Notes: generated from the sequence alone by a model not told the origin. DNA of 64,000 bases from an uncultured Gemmatimonadales bacterium (GCA_963730185.1 CAVSQW010000009.1:256001-320000), one strand, 5' to 3'. Positions 9,606-20,241 are shown, counted from the stretch's first letter. Made by a program: numbers and translations.

Positions 9606-10981
9606 GGTCTGAACCCGCGGTGCTTGGCCTCGGGACCAATCTCGGCGACCGGCTGGCCTCGCTGCGGATGGCGGTGGCTCGCCTCCGGGCCCTGCCGGAT
9701 CTCAGGATCGACGCCGTGTCGCCGGTCTACGAGTCGGACGCGATGGTGCCCGAGGGGGCGCCCCCCGATTGGGGTCGCCCATATCTGAACCTCGCCGTGC
9801 TGGCCCGGTGGGCCGACCCTGCCGAGGGACTGCTCCGAACCCTCAAGCAAATCGAGGCCGACCTCGGTCGGCGACCGCGAGAGCGGTGGGCGCCGCGGGT
9901 GATCGACCTCGACCTCCTGGCTTTCGGCCGTCTGGCCCTGGCCAACGGCACCTTGACCGTGCCGCAGGCCGGCCTCTCGGACCGGCCGTTCGCGCTCCTG
10001 CCGTTCGCCGACGTCGCGCCGGGTTGGCGCTTTCCGGTGGCCACCTCCTTGGCCGGCCGGACCGCCGCCGAGCTGGCGGGCCGCTGGAGCGGAACGGCCG
10101 ATCAGGTGCCGTTCCGTACTCGCCGGACCGGCCTGTCGTTGACCGAGGTCGTCGGGATCGTGAACCTGACGCCGGACTCGTTCTCCGACGGAGGCCGGCT
10201 CACCGACCCGGCGGTGGCCCTCGACCACGCCCGGCGGCTGGTGGCCGAAGGGGCCACGGTCCTCGACCTCGGGGCCGAGTCGAGCCGGCCCGGGGCGGCC
10301 GCCGTCGACCCGGCGGAGGAGTGGCGGCGTCTGGGCCCCGTGCTCCGTGGTCTGGCCTCGGGCCTCCCGACCGCGCTGAGCGTCGACACCCGCCACGCGG
10401 CCACCGCTCGCCGGGCCCTCGACGAAGGCGCTGGCTGGATCAACGACGTTGGTGGCCTCACCGATCCGGAGATGGTTGCCGTCGCGGCTGCCGCGCGGTG
10501 TCGGGTCGTCGTGATGCACAGCCTGGGGTTGCCACCGACCCGGGATCGGGTGCTGCCCCCCGAGCGCGACCCGGTGGACGTCCTGCTCGAATGGGGTCGC
10601 GAGACCGTCGAGCGCCTCGACACCGCGGGCGTCGACCCGAGCCGGATCGTCCTGGATCCGGGCATTGGCTTCGGGAAGACAGCCGAGCAGAGCACCGCCA
10701 TTCTCCGACGAGCGGGCCGGTTGCTGGATCTCGGGGCCCGGGTCCTGGTCGGGCATTCGAGAAAGTCGTTCCTGACGGCCTGGTTGCCCGCCAGCCACCC
10801 GGCGGCGGCCGATCCGGCCGCGCGCGACCCGGAGAGCGCCTGGCTGGCGGGGCACCTCGCCGCTCAGGGCGTGAGCTACGTCAGGGTGCACGACGTGGAC
10901 GGCGCCGTCCGCTCCATCCGGGGTGCCGCCCTAGTCGGCCCGGTGGTCGGGCGACTTGACCCACCTCCGGCCGACGCCTAA
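9602..10981 (+). CDS. folKP: Bifunctional HPPK / dihydropteroate synthase
   Basis: FolK motifs LGLGTNLGDR, WAPRVIDLDLL; FolP motifs GIVNLTPDSFSDGG, GAESSRPGA, INDVGG, DPGIGFGK, SRKSF, RVHDV; ATGA overlap with the folB stop. Confidence 0.93.
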   Translation: MRSEPAVLGLGTNLGDRLASLRMAVARLRALPDLRIDAVSPVYESDAMVPEGAPPDWGRPYLNLAVLARWADPAEGLLRTLKQIEADLGRRPRERWAPRVIDLDLLAFGRLALANGTLTVPQAGLSDRPFALLPFADVAPGWRFPVATSLAGRTAAELAGRWSGTADQVPFRTRRTGLSLTEVVGIVNLTPDSFSDGGRLTDPAVALDHARRLVAEGATVLDLGAESSRPGAAAVDPAEEWRRLGPVLRGLASGLPTALSVDTRHAATARRALDEGAGWINDVGGLTDPEMVAVAAAARCRVVVMHSLGLPPTRDRVLPPERDPVDVLLEWGRETVERLDTAGVDPSRIVLDPGIGFGKTAEQSTAILRRAGRLLDLGARVLVGHSRKSFLTAWLPASHPAAADPAARDPESAWLAGHLAAQGVSYVRVHDVDGAVRSIRGAALVGPVVGRLDPPPADA

Positions 10982-11021
10982 CGTCAGCACTCCCCACCGT
11001 TCACGGAAACGGGTCACCCCT

Positions 11022-11546
11022 ATGCACTCCATTGCACTCGGACGCGGCTCTCGCTGGATCGGGCGCCTGGTCTCGCCGTTTCTCCTCCTGGTCCTCGCGT
11101 GCGGCGGGGATCACCCCGCCGCGGACGCCAAGGCGACCCCGGCGGCCGGCGCCGGCGCACCCGCCGGTGCCACGTTCGCCCCCTCGCTCGGCGTCGACCT
11201 GACGGCGATGACCAAGACGCCGTCCGGTCTCTACTACCGCGATCTGGTGGCGGGCGATGGCAAAGTCGTGGCCGCGGATCAGTTCGTCGCGGCCAAGTAC
11301 ACGGGCTGGCTCACCAACGGGACCCAATTCGACGCGACCGGGCCGAACGGATCGCCGTACGTGTTCAAGATCGGCACGGGTCAGGTAATCAAAGGCTGGG
11401 ACGAGGGGCTGCTGGGGATGAGGGTCGGCGGGATCCGTCTGCTCGTGGTGCCGCCGGAGCTGGGTTACGGGGCAGCCGGTTCGGGCGACGTGATTCCGCC
11501 CAACGCGATCCTGGTCTTCCGGGTCGAGATGGTCAGCGCCGACTAG
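11022..11546 (+). CDS. FKBP-type peptidyl-prolyl isomerase, probable lipoprotein
   Basis: YTGWLTNGTQFD, VIKGWDEGL, VPPELGYG, IPPNAILVF; lipobox VLAC. Confidence 0.92.
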   Translation: MHSIALGRGSRWIGRLVSPFLLLVLACGGDHPAADAKATPAAGAGAPAGATFAPSLGVDLTAMTKTPSGLYYRDLVAGDGKVVAADQFVAAKYTGWLTNGTQFDATGPNGSPYVFKIGTGQVIKGWDEGLLGMRVGGIRLLVVPPELGYGAAGSGDVIPPNAILVFRVEMVSAD

Positions 11547-12811
11547 CCCTGCTCGGGATCGGGGGCCCGCCGCCGGCGCGACAGCTTGCCGAGATAACTC
11601 CGCCGGCCCTGGAGGACGGCTGCGCCTCGGGCCAGGTGATACTTCCGGTCGTGGCTGTCGTAGTGCCGGTCCTCGATCCGACCCGCTTCGGCGAGCAGGT
11701 CCTCGATCTCTTCAGTCGCTTCCGGACACCCGTGGTTCAGCGCGTCGGACGCTTCCCTGAGCAGGCGGGCGGCTTCGTCGTACCGCCCTTCGTCGGCGGC
11801 GCGCACCGCGTCGGTTCGGGTCCGGGCCGCCTGGAACCGGACCAGGGTTCGTTCGATGTCGGGCTTGAGTCGGGCCTGCCCGTCGAGCGTGGCGACCACC
11901 GGCATGGTCACGACCCGATGGTCGACCCCGTCGGAGCGGAGGTGATCGGCCGAGACCCGCACCTGACCGAGCGTCGCCTCGCCGAGGCTGACGGCGTCGT
12001 CGACGTGGAAGACGATCCCGAGCTCTCGAGGGCTGGTCGCCAGCAGGTCGCCGAGCGTCACCTGCCAGCCGCCCGCGGGGGTACGGCGGGTGGGATAGTC
12101 CTGGAGCAGCGTGACGCCCTGGACCCGCGGATGCACCAGGTCGATCTCCACCTCGAGGTTTTGCGCCACCAGCGCCTCCAGGCCATCGATCTCTTCCTGG
12201 AAGATCCCGCCCATCTGGTCGACCTCTTCGACGTACCAGAAGTTGCCGCCGCCGGCGCGGGCCATCGAGACCAGCAGGTCTTCGCTGAACCGGGGGCCAA
12301 AGCCGATCGAGGTCGTGCTGATGCCATGCTCGAGGGCGCCGTGGGCGAGGCTGGTCAGCTGGTAGGGGTCGACGATCCCGGCGTTGGCGAGGCCGTCGGT
12401 CAGGAGCACGATCCGGTTCGTTCCCGTCACCAGACCACCGTGCACCAGCTTGCGTCCTTTGAGCCAGCCGCCCGAGAGGTTGGTGATGCCACCCGGGGCG
12501 ATGGGCCGGATGGCAGCCTCTACCCCGGCGCTGCCGCCAGGGGCCGGACCGTACACCGTGATTACATCGTCGCCGTAGGCCACCACCGAGATCCGATCCT
12601 CGGGGCCGAGGCACCGGGCGAACCGGATGGCGGCCTCCTTGGCAGCCGCCAGGGGCGCCCCCATCATGGAGCCCGACCGATCCAGCACCAGCGCGATGTT
12701 GAGCCGCGGCCGTTCGACCGGCGCCGGCGCTCCCACCGACACCAGCATCCCGACTCGGTGGGCGCTTCTGGCGGTCAGAAACTCGGTGGACAGGTCGACG
12801 GTCGCTCGCAT
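11543..12811 (-). CDS. von Willebrand factor A domain protein
   Basis: MIDAS motif LVLDRSGSM, T-N, LLTDGLAN. Confidence 0.88.
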   Translation of the reverse strand: MRATVDLSTEFLTARSAHRVGMLVSVGAPAPVERPRLNIALVLDRSGSMMGAPLAAAKEAAIRFARCLGPEDRISVVAYGDDVITVYGPAPGGSAGVEAAIRPIAPGGITNLSGGWLKGRKLVHGGLVTGTNRIVLLTDGLANAGIVDPYQLTSLAHGALEHGISTTSIGFGPRFSEDLLVSMARAGGGNFWYVEEVDQMGGIFQEEIDGLEALVAQNLEVEIDLVHPRVQGVTLLQDYPTRRTPAGGWQVTLGDLLATSPRELGIVFHVDDAVSLGEATLGQVRVSADHLRSDGVDHRVVTMPVVATLDGQARLKPDIERTLVRFQAARTRTDAVRAADEGRYDEAARLLREASDALNHGCPEATEEIEDLLAEAGRIEDRHYDSHDRKYHLARGAAVLQGRRSYLGKLSRRRRAPDPEQG

Positions 12812-13005
12812 GCCCTCCCCCTCGCCCGACCAAGGTATCGACCCCGTGTGACGGTCCGGCGAGGTGCCGGACCGTCCCGGGTCGAGATTCCAAGGTCGGG
12901 GAGGGCCGTCAGAGCGCCGTCAGGCGGCCGCCCCTCACGGGGCGCTCGCCCAAGCGCACCAGCTGCAGCCTTCTGCGTTCGGGGAGGACTGGACTGGACG
13001 CCGGG

Positions 13006-13776
13006 TCACCACTCGAGCGCCAACCCGGTGGTCAGCGCGGTGTCCAGCGATTCGATCCCATCCGGCGGGCGACTGTCGTAGCGAATCCGTGAGGTGACGG
13101 TGAGCGAGAGCGCGCCGACCAGTTGCACCGCCAATCGGAGGTCGCTTAGCAGCCGGAGGTCGCCGAATGCGTCGACCCTTGGCTGGGCGTAGAGCGTGCC
13201 GGCGATCGACAGACGCTGTGCGTCCCGGAAATTTCCGGTGACGTAGGTGGTCCAACGAACGGCGTTGGTCTCGTCAGGGTGTGAGGCGGTCGCGGGCAGC
13301 TCGAGGCGCTCGTGCTCGACCATGAGGCCCGTGCCGGTCGACAGCCGCCATTGGACCGACCGGGCCAGGTTGAGCCGAGCCCCCGCGCCCGCGATGGCTC
13401 GGAACGACAGGAGCCGCGACCGGTCGTAGTCGATCTGGGTGAACAGCTCTCCGGCCACCACCGAGCTGAGCAGGAGATTGCCGCGGAGGTGGAGCAACCC
13501 GGAATTCGAAAAGCGCTGGCCGCCCTGCCAGCCGACGTCGGCGTTGCCGACCACGAAGGCGAGCCAGCCGGGCCGTCCGTAGTCGAGCCGTCCGTCCACG
13601 TTGAGTAGCACGAGACGGACGTTGCCCGTCCGGGCGGTGAGATTGGCGCCCACCGTGCCGGCAAAACCGGAGTCCGGTCCGGTCCGCCGGAGACTCTCGA
13701 TGTTGATCTGGGCGTTGGCTTGGCTCACCGCTCCAAAGACTACGAGCGCAAGCAGGAATCCTGCGGATTTCGTCAT
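13006..13776 (-). CDS. DUF481-like outer-membrane beta-barrel protein
   Basis: Signal peptide MTKSAGFLLALVVFGAVSQANA-QINIESLR, amphipathic strands, RYDSRPP, terminal aromatic W; start trimmed. Confidence 0.75.
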   Translation of the reverse strand: MTKSAGFLLALVVFGAVSQANAQINIESLRRTGPDSGFAGTVGANLTARTGNVRLVLLNVDGRLDYGRPGWLAFVVGNADVGWQGGQRFSNSGLLHLRGNLLLSSVVAGELFTQIDYDRSRLLSFRAIAGAGARLNLARSVQWRLSTGTGLMVEHERLELPATASHPDETNAVRWTTYVTGNFRDAQRLSIAGTLYAQPRVDAFGDLRLLSDLRLAVQLVGALSLTVTSRIRYDSRPPDGIESLDTALTTGLALEW

Positions 13777-13889
13777 TCCGTCGTCCGGCGTCGGTCGTCC
13801 TCGATCGGCCCCCGACGAATCTAGTCGGATGGGCTCGCTCGCCCTCCGCGAAGCTCGGTGCCGCCCCACCCTTGCCAGACGCGCCCCGC

Positions 13890-14465
13890 TCAATGGCCCA
13901 GCTGTCGCTCGATCCGTCGGTCGGGTACCAGCCAGATGATCGCGACGAGGACGAAAATCAGATCGGCGACGACCGGGCTGACGAAGGCCAGACCGACCCC
14001 TGTCACATAGAGCCCCGGTGAGGCCTTTCCCTTCCAGTCGCCGCCAACGGCAGCCGCCAGCCGTGATCCGGACCCCTGAGCCCGAATGATGGTTGCCTGC
14101 AGGACATAGTAGGCGATGGCGGCCATCAGCAGCACGAACCCGTACACCGCGGTCGGAAGAGAGGCCGTGTGGTGCTCGCCCAGCCAGCCGGTCACGAAGG
14201 GGATCAGGGAGAGCCAGAAGAGCAAATGGAGATTGGCCCAGAGGATGACGCCGGTTACCCGATCGGTCATGTGGAGCATGTGGTGGTGGTTGTTCCAGTA
14301 AATCCCGAGGTAGACGAAGCTGAGGACGTAGCTCATCAAGCCCGGCCAGGTCTCATGCAGCGCCGCCCAGTCCGCGCCGGCTGGTGCGCGGAGCTCGAGC
14401 ACCATGATCGTGATGATGATGGCGATCACGCCGTCGCTGAACGCCTCCAGCCTGCTCTTGCTCAT
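13890..14465 (-). CDS. TMEM175 family potassium channel (DUF1211)
   Basis: RLEAFSDGVIAIIITIMVLEL signature, YWNNHH, LIPFVT; start trimmed to MSKSR. Confidence 0.92.
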   Translation of the reverse strand: MSKSRLEAFSDGVIAIIITIMVLELRAPAGADWAALHETWPGLMSYVLSFVYLGIYWNNHHHMLHMTDRVTGVILWANLHLLFWLSLIPFVTGWLGEHHTASLPTAVYGFVLLMAAIAYYVLQATIIRAQGSGSRLAAAVGGDWKGKASPGLYVTGVGLAFVSPVVADLIFVLVAIIWLVPDRRIERQLGH

Positions 14466-15029
14466 CCGCTGGTCTCGCCGTTGTCGGGACCGGAAATCTA
14501 GATCGACCGCCCTGTCTCGCGGACGTGACCGGATTCCAGCGGGAACCTCGCTCTGTCGGCAAGGGCGTCTCCGAGGCCTCCGCCGGGCCATCGAGCGGAA
14601 GCGAAGGCCCCCGCCGCCGGATCACTCTTTCGTCATGGATCCTCCGATCGGGCTGGCCACCACCTTCGGCGCCGACTTGAAGTGGCCTGGGCGGGCCCGT
14701 GGTGGAGGCTCGACCCATTCCGCTTCGGGCCCAATGGTGCTATCAGTGAGATGGGGGAGTTCGCTGGGCCTCGCTCGCCCGGACGGGGAGTCCGGCCCGT
14801 GGGGGGCCGGACGAGGCTAAATTGCGTTGGGGTATCCGCTCCTCGCGGCTGGGTTTCCGGCCGTCCGACCTCGCCCTCACCGGGCTCCGACCGCGGGGAT
14901 CTGAAGCGTCGCTCGTGCTCCCGGCACAGTCAGGGGTTCCAGCATTCGTTGCCGCGAGGTCGGGGCGCCGGGCCCCGCATCGTCGTCGTCGTCGTACTGA
15001 AGCGTCCGTTTCGTGTAAGGAGTGCCGTC

Positions 15030-15956
15030 ATGCTACCAGGTCAGACTGCATCGGCCCCCGGGTTTGGGATCGCCCCGGGTGGGAACCGACTGTCGACGGC
15101 TGCCCGGCTCGGTCGGGTCCGCCTCCAGGTTGCCGATCTGGACCGATCGATCGCCTGGTACCGTCGGACCATGGGCCTCGAGCTCCGTGATGCCCGTGGC
15201 AACCGCGCGGTGCTGGGCCCGGGCGCGGTTCCGGAGCCGTTGATCGAGCTCCGCGAGCTCCCCGGTGCCGCGCCGGTGCCGGAGCGGGGTCGCCTCGGCC
15301 TCTACCATGCGGCGCTCCGCCTTCCGGGCCGGCGGTCCCTCGCCAACTTCGTCCAGCATGCCCGGGCCGCCGGCGTGGAGCTCGGCGCCTCCGATCACCT
15401 GGTGAGCGAGTCGGTCTATCTCCGTGATCCCGACGGCCACGGACTCGAGGTCTATGCCGACCGGCCGCAGGAAGGGTGGAAGAGCCGCGAGACTCCCCAG
15501 GGGCGCGAGCTGCTCATGGTGACTGAGCCCTTGGACATGGACGGGTTGGTGGCGACCGCTGCGGAGGTACCCTGGAGCGGGATCGCCGGTGACACCGTGG
15601 TAGGGCACGTGCACCTGCACGTCGGCAACCTCGAGCAAGCTCGCGACTTCTATCACCGGGGTCTGGGTCTGGACCTGGTGGTCTGGTCCTCCCCGGGGGC
15701 GCTCTTCTTCTCGGCCGGCGGATATCACCATCGCATCGGGGTCAACGTCTGGTCAGGCCCGGAGGCCGTGCCGGCCCCCGCCGACGAGGCTCGTCTGCTC
15801 TCCTGGACCCTGATCGTTCCCGCGGAGAGCGATCTCGAGGCCCTGGCCGCTGGTCTGGAGGCCGCGGGCTACCCGGTTACCCGGGCCGAGCCCGGCTACT
15901 ACAAGGCTGCGGACCCCTGGGGCACCCAGGTCGTGATGCGCACGCCGCCGAGATAA
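15030..15956 (+). CDS. VOC family protein, CatE-like ring-cleavage dioxygenase
   Basis: GLYHAAL, GASDHLVSESVYLRDPDGHGLEVYAD, GHVHLHV, AGGYHHRIGVNVW; SD AAGGAG before ATG 15030. Confidence 0.88.
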   Translation: MLPGQTASAPGFGIAPGGNRLSTAARLGRVRLQVADLDRSIAWYRRTMGLELRDARGNRAVLGPGAVPEPLIELRELPGAAPVPERGRLGLYHAALRLPGRRSLANFVQHARAAGVELGASDHLVSESVYLRDPDGHGLEVYADRPQEGWKSRETPQGRELLMVTEPLDMDGLVATAAEVPWSGIAGDTVVGHVHLHVGNLEQARDFYHRGLGLDLVVWSSPGALFFSAGGYHHRIGVNVWSGPEAVPAPADEARLLSWTLIVPAESDLEALAAGLEAAGYPVTRAEPGYYKAADPWGTQVVMRTPPR

Positions 15957-15980
15957 GACGGTGGACGGGTCGCCCGTCCG

Positions 15981-17147
15981 TCACGCCTGTCTCAGCGCCT
16001 CCACCACCTGCTGCCGGGCCGCATGCCGGGCCGGTAGCAGCCCGCCGACCACCCCCATCACCACCGCGAAGATCATCCCGTTCAGGAGCAGCGCCGGCGT
16101 GACCCGGAAGGCGAAGGCCACCTCGCTGAACGAGGCCCAGTTGGTCGTGCTGGTGACCAGTCCATTGATCGGGAGTGCCAGGAGGCACCCGATTCCGCCG
16201 CCCAGGGCGGCGATGAAGACCGCCTCCAGGAGAAACGAGGCCAGGATGCTTCGGGGGCGAAACCCGAGTGTCAGCAGGACCCCGATCTCCGGCGCTCGTG
16301 ACGCCACCGCCGCGTACATCGTGTTGATCGCGCCGAAGATGGCGCCCACCCCCATGATCAGGGCCACGAACACGGCGATGAAGCCCAGCACCCGGGAGAG
16401 CATGATCGACTGATTGGCGTAGAAGTCCCGCTCCCGGAACGCGTCCACGGCCAGCCGCGAATCGCCTTCGAGGGTCTCCTTGATGCCGGCGAACGCCGCG
16501 GGGTCTTTCATCCGGAAGGTCACCGTCTGGAAGATCTCGCCCCGAAAGACCGGCATGAACTGCTCGTTCTCGCCCCAGATCTCCGACTCGAAGGAGGATC
16601 CGCCGGCGGTGAAGTGCCCGACGATGGTCCAGTCCTCGTCGGCGAAGCGCACCACCTTCCCGACCTCGGAGTTGGGGAACCGCTGGGCGTAGGCGACCCC
16701 GACCACTACCTCGCGCGACCCGGGCCGGAACTGGCGCCCGTCCACGATCTGGACGTCCTTCCGAACCTGGAACGCCTCGGGGCTCACGCCCCGCACCACC
16801 ACGTTCGCCATTCCGCCCTGGTTGGCCCGTTGCAGGGGAACCACGACGAACGTCTCGGGGCTCACCAGCGGTCGCCCCTCCGGCCCGCGCGCGACGAACG
16901 GGTAGCCGCCGATGATGCTGGCTGCCTGCCGGTTGATGCCGCTGCTCATCTCCGAGTTGGCGCCCTTCCGGAGCACCAGCACGTTCTCGGTCGACCCGGT
17001 GCTGACCAGCGCCGCCTGAAAACCGTTGGCCATGGCGTTCATGGCCACGAACACGGCGACCACCAGCGCCATGCCGAGCGCCGTGGTGAGGGTCGACACC
17101 GGGCGCTGACGGAGGCTGCGGAGGTTGTAGACGATCGGAATCTTCAT
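15981..17147 (-). CDS. ABC transporter permease (MacB/FtsX-like)
   Basis: YNLRSLRQR, NTMYAAVASRAPEIGVLLTLGF, GGLLPARHAA. Confidence 0.9.
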   Translation of the reverse strand: MKIPIVYNLRSLRQRPVSTLTTALGMALVVAVFVAMNAMANGFQAALVSTGSTENVLVLRKGANSEMSSGINRQAASIIGGYPFVARGPEGRPLVSPETFVVVPLQRANQGGMANVVVRGVSPEAFQVRKDVQIVDGRQFRPGSREVVVGVAYAQRFPNSEVGKVVRFADEDWTIVGHFTAGGSSFESEIWGENEQFMPVFRGEIFQTVTFRMKDPAAFAGIKETLEGDSRLAVDAFRERDFYANQSIMLSRVLGFIAVFVALIMGVGAIFGAINTMYAAVASRAPEIGVLLTLGFRPRSILASFLLEAVFIAALGGGIGCLLALPINGLVTSTTNWASFSEVAFAFRVTPALLLNGMIFAVVMGVVGGLLPARHAARQQVVEALRQA

Positions 17148-17157
17148 CGAGTCCCCC

Positions 17158-18297
17158 TCACGCCACACGGCGGAGCGCGCCTACGACCGAGAGCCGCGCG
17201 GATTGAATGGCCGGGATCGTCCCGCTCACCACGCCGAGCAGGGCGGCGAGACCGAGACCCAGCCCGATGGTGCCGACCGTGACGCTGAACCCCGGGAAAA
17301 ACGAGGTGAGCGGGTTGTTGCCGGAGAAAGCCAGCCGAGCCAGCCCCAGCCCGAGGCCTCCGCCGAGCACCGCGATCGCCACCGACTCGAGTACCACCAG
17401 GGCCGAGAGCATCCCGTCGCGGAAGCCCAGGGTCTTGAGGACCGCCGTCTCGCCGACCCGCTCCCGGACCGCCATCATCATGGTGTTGGCCGCCACGAAG
17501 AGAATGGCGAAGAACACCGCCGTCCCGATGGCGCTCACCAGGAAACCGATGTTCCCCCACATGGTCACGAACCCCGCCTGGAACGCCCGCTCCGTCTCGG
17601 TCTTGGTGGGCGCCCGGGAGTTCTTGAACTGGCCGTCGATCGCGGCGGCCACCTCGGCGGCCCGATCGGGGCGCTCGAGCTGCAGCACGAACCACCCGGG
17701 CGTGATCTGCCGGTTGGTCCGTTCGTAGAGGTACTGGTAGTGGAAATACAGAACCTGATCGCCGATGCTCGGATCGCTGGGGCGATAGGCGGCCCGGATG
17801 GTGAACTCCCAATCGCCGGGAAAGATGGTGCCCTTGAGAGTGACCGTCTGGCCGAGCTTCCAGCCGTATTTCTTCATCAGCCCTTCGCCGACCACGGCCG
17901 CGGTCCGCTCCCGGAGGTACTGGTCCAGGTTGCCTTGGGAGATCTGGATCTCCGGGTACATCGCGAAGTAGGTGTCGCCTTTGACCGCGAACTGGGCGAA
18001 GAAGTCCTGCGGGTTCTGGTAGTACCCGCCGAACCAGTTGGCCCAGGTGACGCTCTTGACGCCGTCGGCCGCCACCAGGCGGTTGGCGTAGGACTCGGGC
18101 AGGAGGAAGGTGATCCCGCTGGCGTTCGAGGTCACCAGTCGGGCCTCGCTGCCCACCCGCGACGCCGCGTCGAGCGTGGTGGTCACCGACCGGAGCATGC
18201 CAAAGAGAAAGAACGCCACGGCGACGCTGGCCACCGTCAAAAAGGTCCGCTTCTTGTTCCGGAACACGTTGGCCCGGATCAGTCGCGCCACGGTCAT
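17158..18297 (-). CDS. ABC transporter permease (MacB/FtsX-like)
   Basis: RNKKRTFLT, ANTMMMAVRERVGETAVLKTLGF; ATG 18297 overlaps the ATPase stop (ATGA). Confidence 0.9.
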   Translation of the reverse strand: MTVARLIRANVFRNKKRTFLTVASVAVAFFLFGMLRSVTTTLDAASRVGSEARLVTSNASGITFLLPESYANRLVAADGVKSVTWANWFGGYYQNPQDFFAQFAVKGDTYFAMYPEIQISQGNLDQYLRERTAAVVGEGLMKKYGWKLGQTVTLKGTIFPGDWEFTIRAAYRPSDPSIGDQVLYFHYQYLYERTNRQITPGWFVLQLERPDRAAEVAAAIDGQFKNSRAPTKTETERAFQAGFVTMWGNIGFLVSAIGTAVFFAILFVAANTMMMAVRERVGETAVLKTLGFRDGMLSALVVLESVAIAVLGGGLGLGLARLAFSGNNPLTSFFPGFSVTVGTIGLGLGLAALLGVVSGTIPAIQSARLSVVGALRRVA

Positions 18298-19016
18298 CGG
18301 GACAAGACCCCCTTGTCCATGTGCATCGTCGCCTGGGCCCGGGCGGCGGCGTGCGCGTCGTGGGTGACGATTAGGATGGTCTTGTTGAATTCCCGGTTCA
18401 GGCGCTCGAGCAGGGTCAGGATCTCGTCGCCTGAGGCGGCGTCCAGGTCGCCCGTGGGCTCGTCGCCGAGGATGATGGTGGGGTCGCTGACGATGGCTCG
18501 CGCGATGCCCACCCGCTGCTGCTGGCCGCCGGAGAGCTGGTTGGGGTAGTGGCGGGCCCGATCGCTGAGCCCGACTACCTCCAGCGCGGTCATGACGTGT
18601 TCCCGCCGCTGCTTGGACGAAAGGTGGGTCAGGAGCAGCGGCAGCTCTACGTTCTCCGCCGCCGTAAGCACGGGGAGCAGGTTGTAGAACTGGAAGATGA
18701 AGCCGATATGGGTCGCCCGCCATGCGGCCAGCTGCTTGGCCTTGAGCCGGGTGATCTCTTGACCGCCGATCGCCACGCTGCCCCGGTCGGGCCGGTCCAG
18801 ACCGGCCAGGATGTTGAGCAGGGTGGACTTGCCACTTCCCGAGGGGCCCATCAAGGCCAGGAACTCGCCGTCCCGAATCTCGAGGTCCACGTTCTCGAAC
18901 ACCTGGATGATTTCGGCGCCGCGGCGATAGGACTTGGCGAGATCGCGAATCTCCACCAACACCGCGCCCGGCCGGCCCGTCCCTCCGTTCGCCTGCATCG
19001 TCTCACTGGCCGTCAT
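18294..19016 (-). CDS. ABC ATP-binding protein (LolD/MacB-like)
   Basis: Walker [26 protein letters not shown]. Confidence 0.95.
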   Translation of the reverse strand: MTASETMQANGGTGRPGAVLVEIRDLAKSYRRGAEIIQVFENVDLEIRDGEFLALMGPSGSGKSTLLNILAGLDRPDRGSVAIGGQEITRLKAKQLAAWRATHIGFIFQFYNLLPVLTAAENVELPLLLTHLSSKQRREHVMTALEVVGLSDRARHYPNQLSGGQQQRVGIARAIVSDPTIILGDEPTGDLDAASGDEILTLLERLNREFNKTILIVTHDAHAAARAQATMHMDKGVLSR

Positions 19017-20220
19017 GGACCTTGTCTCCCTGCTTGAGTGTGAGCGGAGGGTCGATCACGATGTTCTCGCCGCCGGAGAGACCCGAGCGCACCTCCCGCC
19101 GCCCGCCCGACACCGGCCCGGCCTCGACGAGGGTCCGGGACACCGCGCCGTCCCGGACCACCCAGACGATCGTCCGGCCCCCGTCCGACGCCACCGCGTC
19201 GGCCGGGACGAAGATTCGCATCGGTGCGGCCGAGTCGGCCGCGGCCGTGAGGAAGTCCACTCGGGCGCCCATCTCCGGCAGGATCCTGGGATCCTTGTCG
19301 ACGATGGTCACCTTGACCTGAACCGTGGCCCGCTGGCGGTCGGCGGTCGGCACGATCTGTCGCACCTCCCCGGCAAAGCTCGCGGTGGGGTACGCGTCGA
19401 GCACGATGCGGGTCGGCTGGCCACTCTGGATCTGGGCGATGTACGCCTCGTTGACGTCGACCTCGACCTCGAGAGTTTGAAGGTCGGCCATCGTCACTAC
19501 CGCCCCCCGGGTCAGGCCGCCGCCCGTCGCCACCGGCGCCACCACCTCGCCGACCTCGGCGTCCTTGCGGAGGACGGTGCCGTCGAACGGTGCTCGAATG
19601 GAGGTGTTCTCGAGATTGGCGCGGGCGTAGGCGATGGCCGCCGTCGCCGACTGAACCTGCGCCTCCTGGACCCCGATACGGGCGTCGGCGGCGGCCACCT
19701 GCGAGGTCAGATCCTCCACCGTCCGGGCCGCCTCCAGGTTCCGGACGAGCAGGTCCTTCGCCCGCTGGAGGTCCCGAGCCAGCTGCTCTCGCGTCGTCTT
19801 CGCCTCGAGGAGCGACGCCTCGGCCCGAGCACTGTCGGCGACGGCCTGCGCCACCGCGGCGCCATACTCCGCGTTTTCGAGCCGGGCCAGCACCTGGCCG
19901 CGCTTGACCACGCTGCCCTCCTCGACGGTGAGCGACGCCAGACGCCCGGAGATCCGGGAGGACACCGAGGCCCTGGTGCGGGCGACCACGTAGCCGTTGG
20001 CGGTGATCCCGGCGGCTGAGCCGTTCTCGCCGCCGCTGACCTCGACCCGCGCCAACTTGACGTCGACCGTGGCGTTCCGGCGGAGAAACCAGAGCGTCCC
20101 GCCGACGAAGACGATTGCCGCGACCGCGAGCCCGATCACCCACGGGAGGGCTCGATTCGGCGCGGCCGAGGGTTGGTTCCGGTCGATCCGGAGGCGATGG
20201 AGGTCGGGCGGTGTGGTCAT
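19003..20220 (-). CDS. Efflux membrane-fusion (HlyD/MacA-like) adaptor
   Basis: N-terminal TM, ANGYVVAR, SGRLASLTVEEG, coiled coil, IRAPFDGTV, ILPEMGARV. Confidence 0.92.
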   Translation of the reverse strand: MTTPPDLHRLRIDRNQPSAAPNRALPWVIGLAVAAIVFVGGTLWFLRRNATVDVKLARVEVSGGENGSAAGITANGYVVARTRASVSSRISGRLASLTVEEGSVVKRGQVLARLENAEYGAAVAQAVADSARAEASLLEAKTTREQLARDLQRAKDLLVRNLEAARTVEDLTSQVAAADARIGVQEAQVQSATAAIAYARANLENTSIRAPFDGTVLRKDAEVGEVVAPVATGGGLTRGAVVTMADLQTLEVEVDVNEAYIAQIQSGQPTRIVLDAYPTASFAGEVRQIVPTADRQRATVQVKVTIVDKDPRILPEMGARVDFLTAAADSAAPMRIFVPADAVASDGGRTIVWVVRDGAVSRTLVEAGPVSGGRREVRSGLSGGENIVIDPPLTLKQGDKVHDGQ

Positions 20221-20241
20221 GTCGATCGATCGTGAAAAGGG

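Noticed and set aside
9602..10981. Possible sul sulfonamide-resistance gene
   Set aside because: Ordinary DPGIGFGK motif, fused to FolK, coupled to folB, no mobile context
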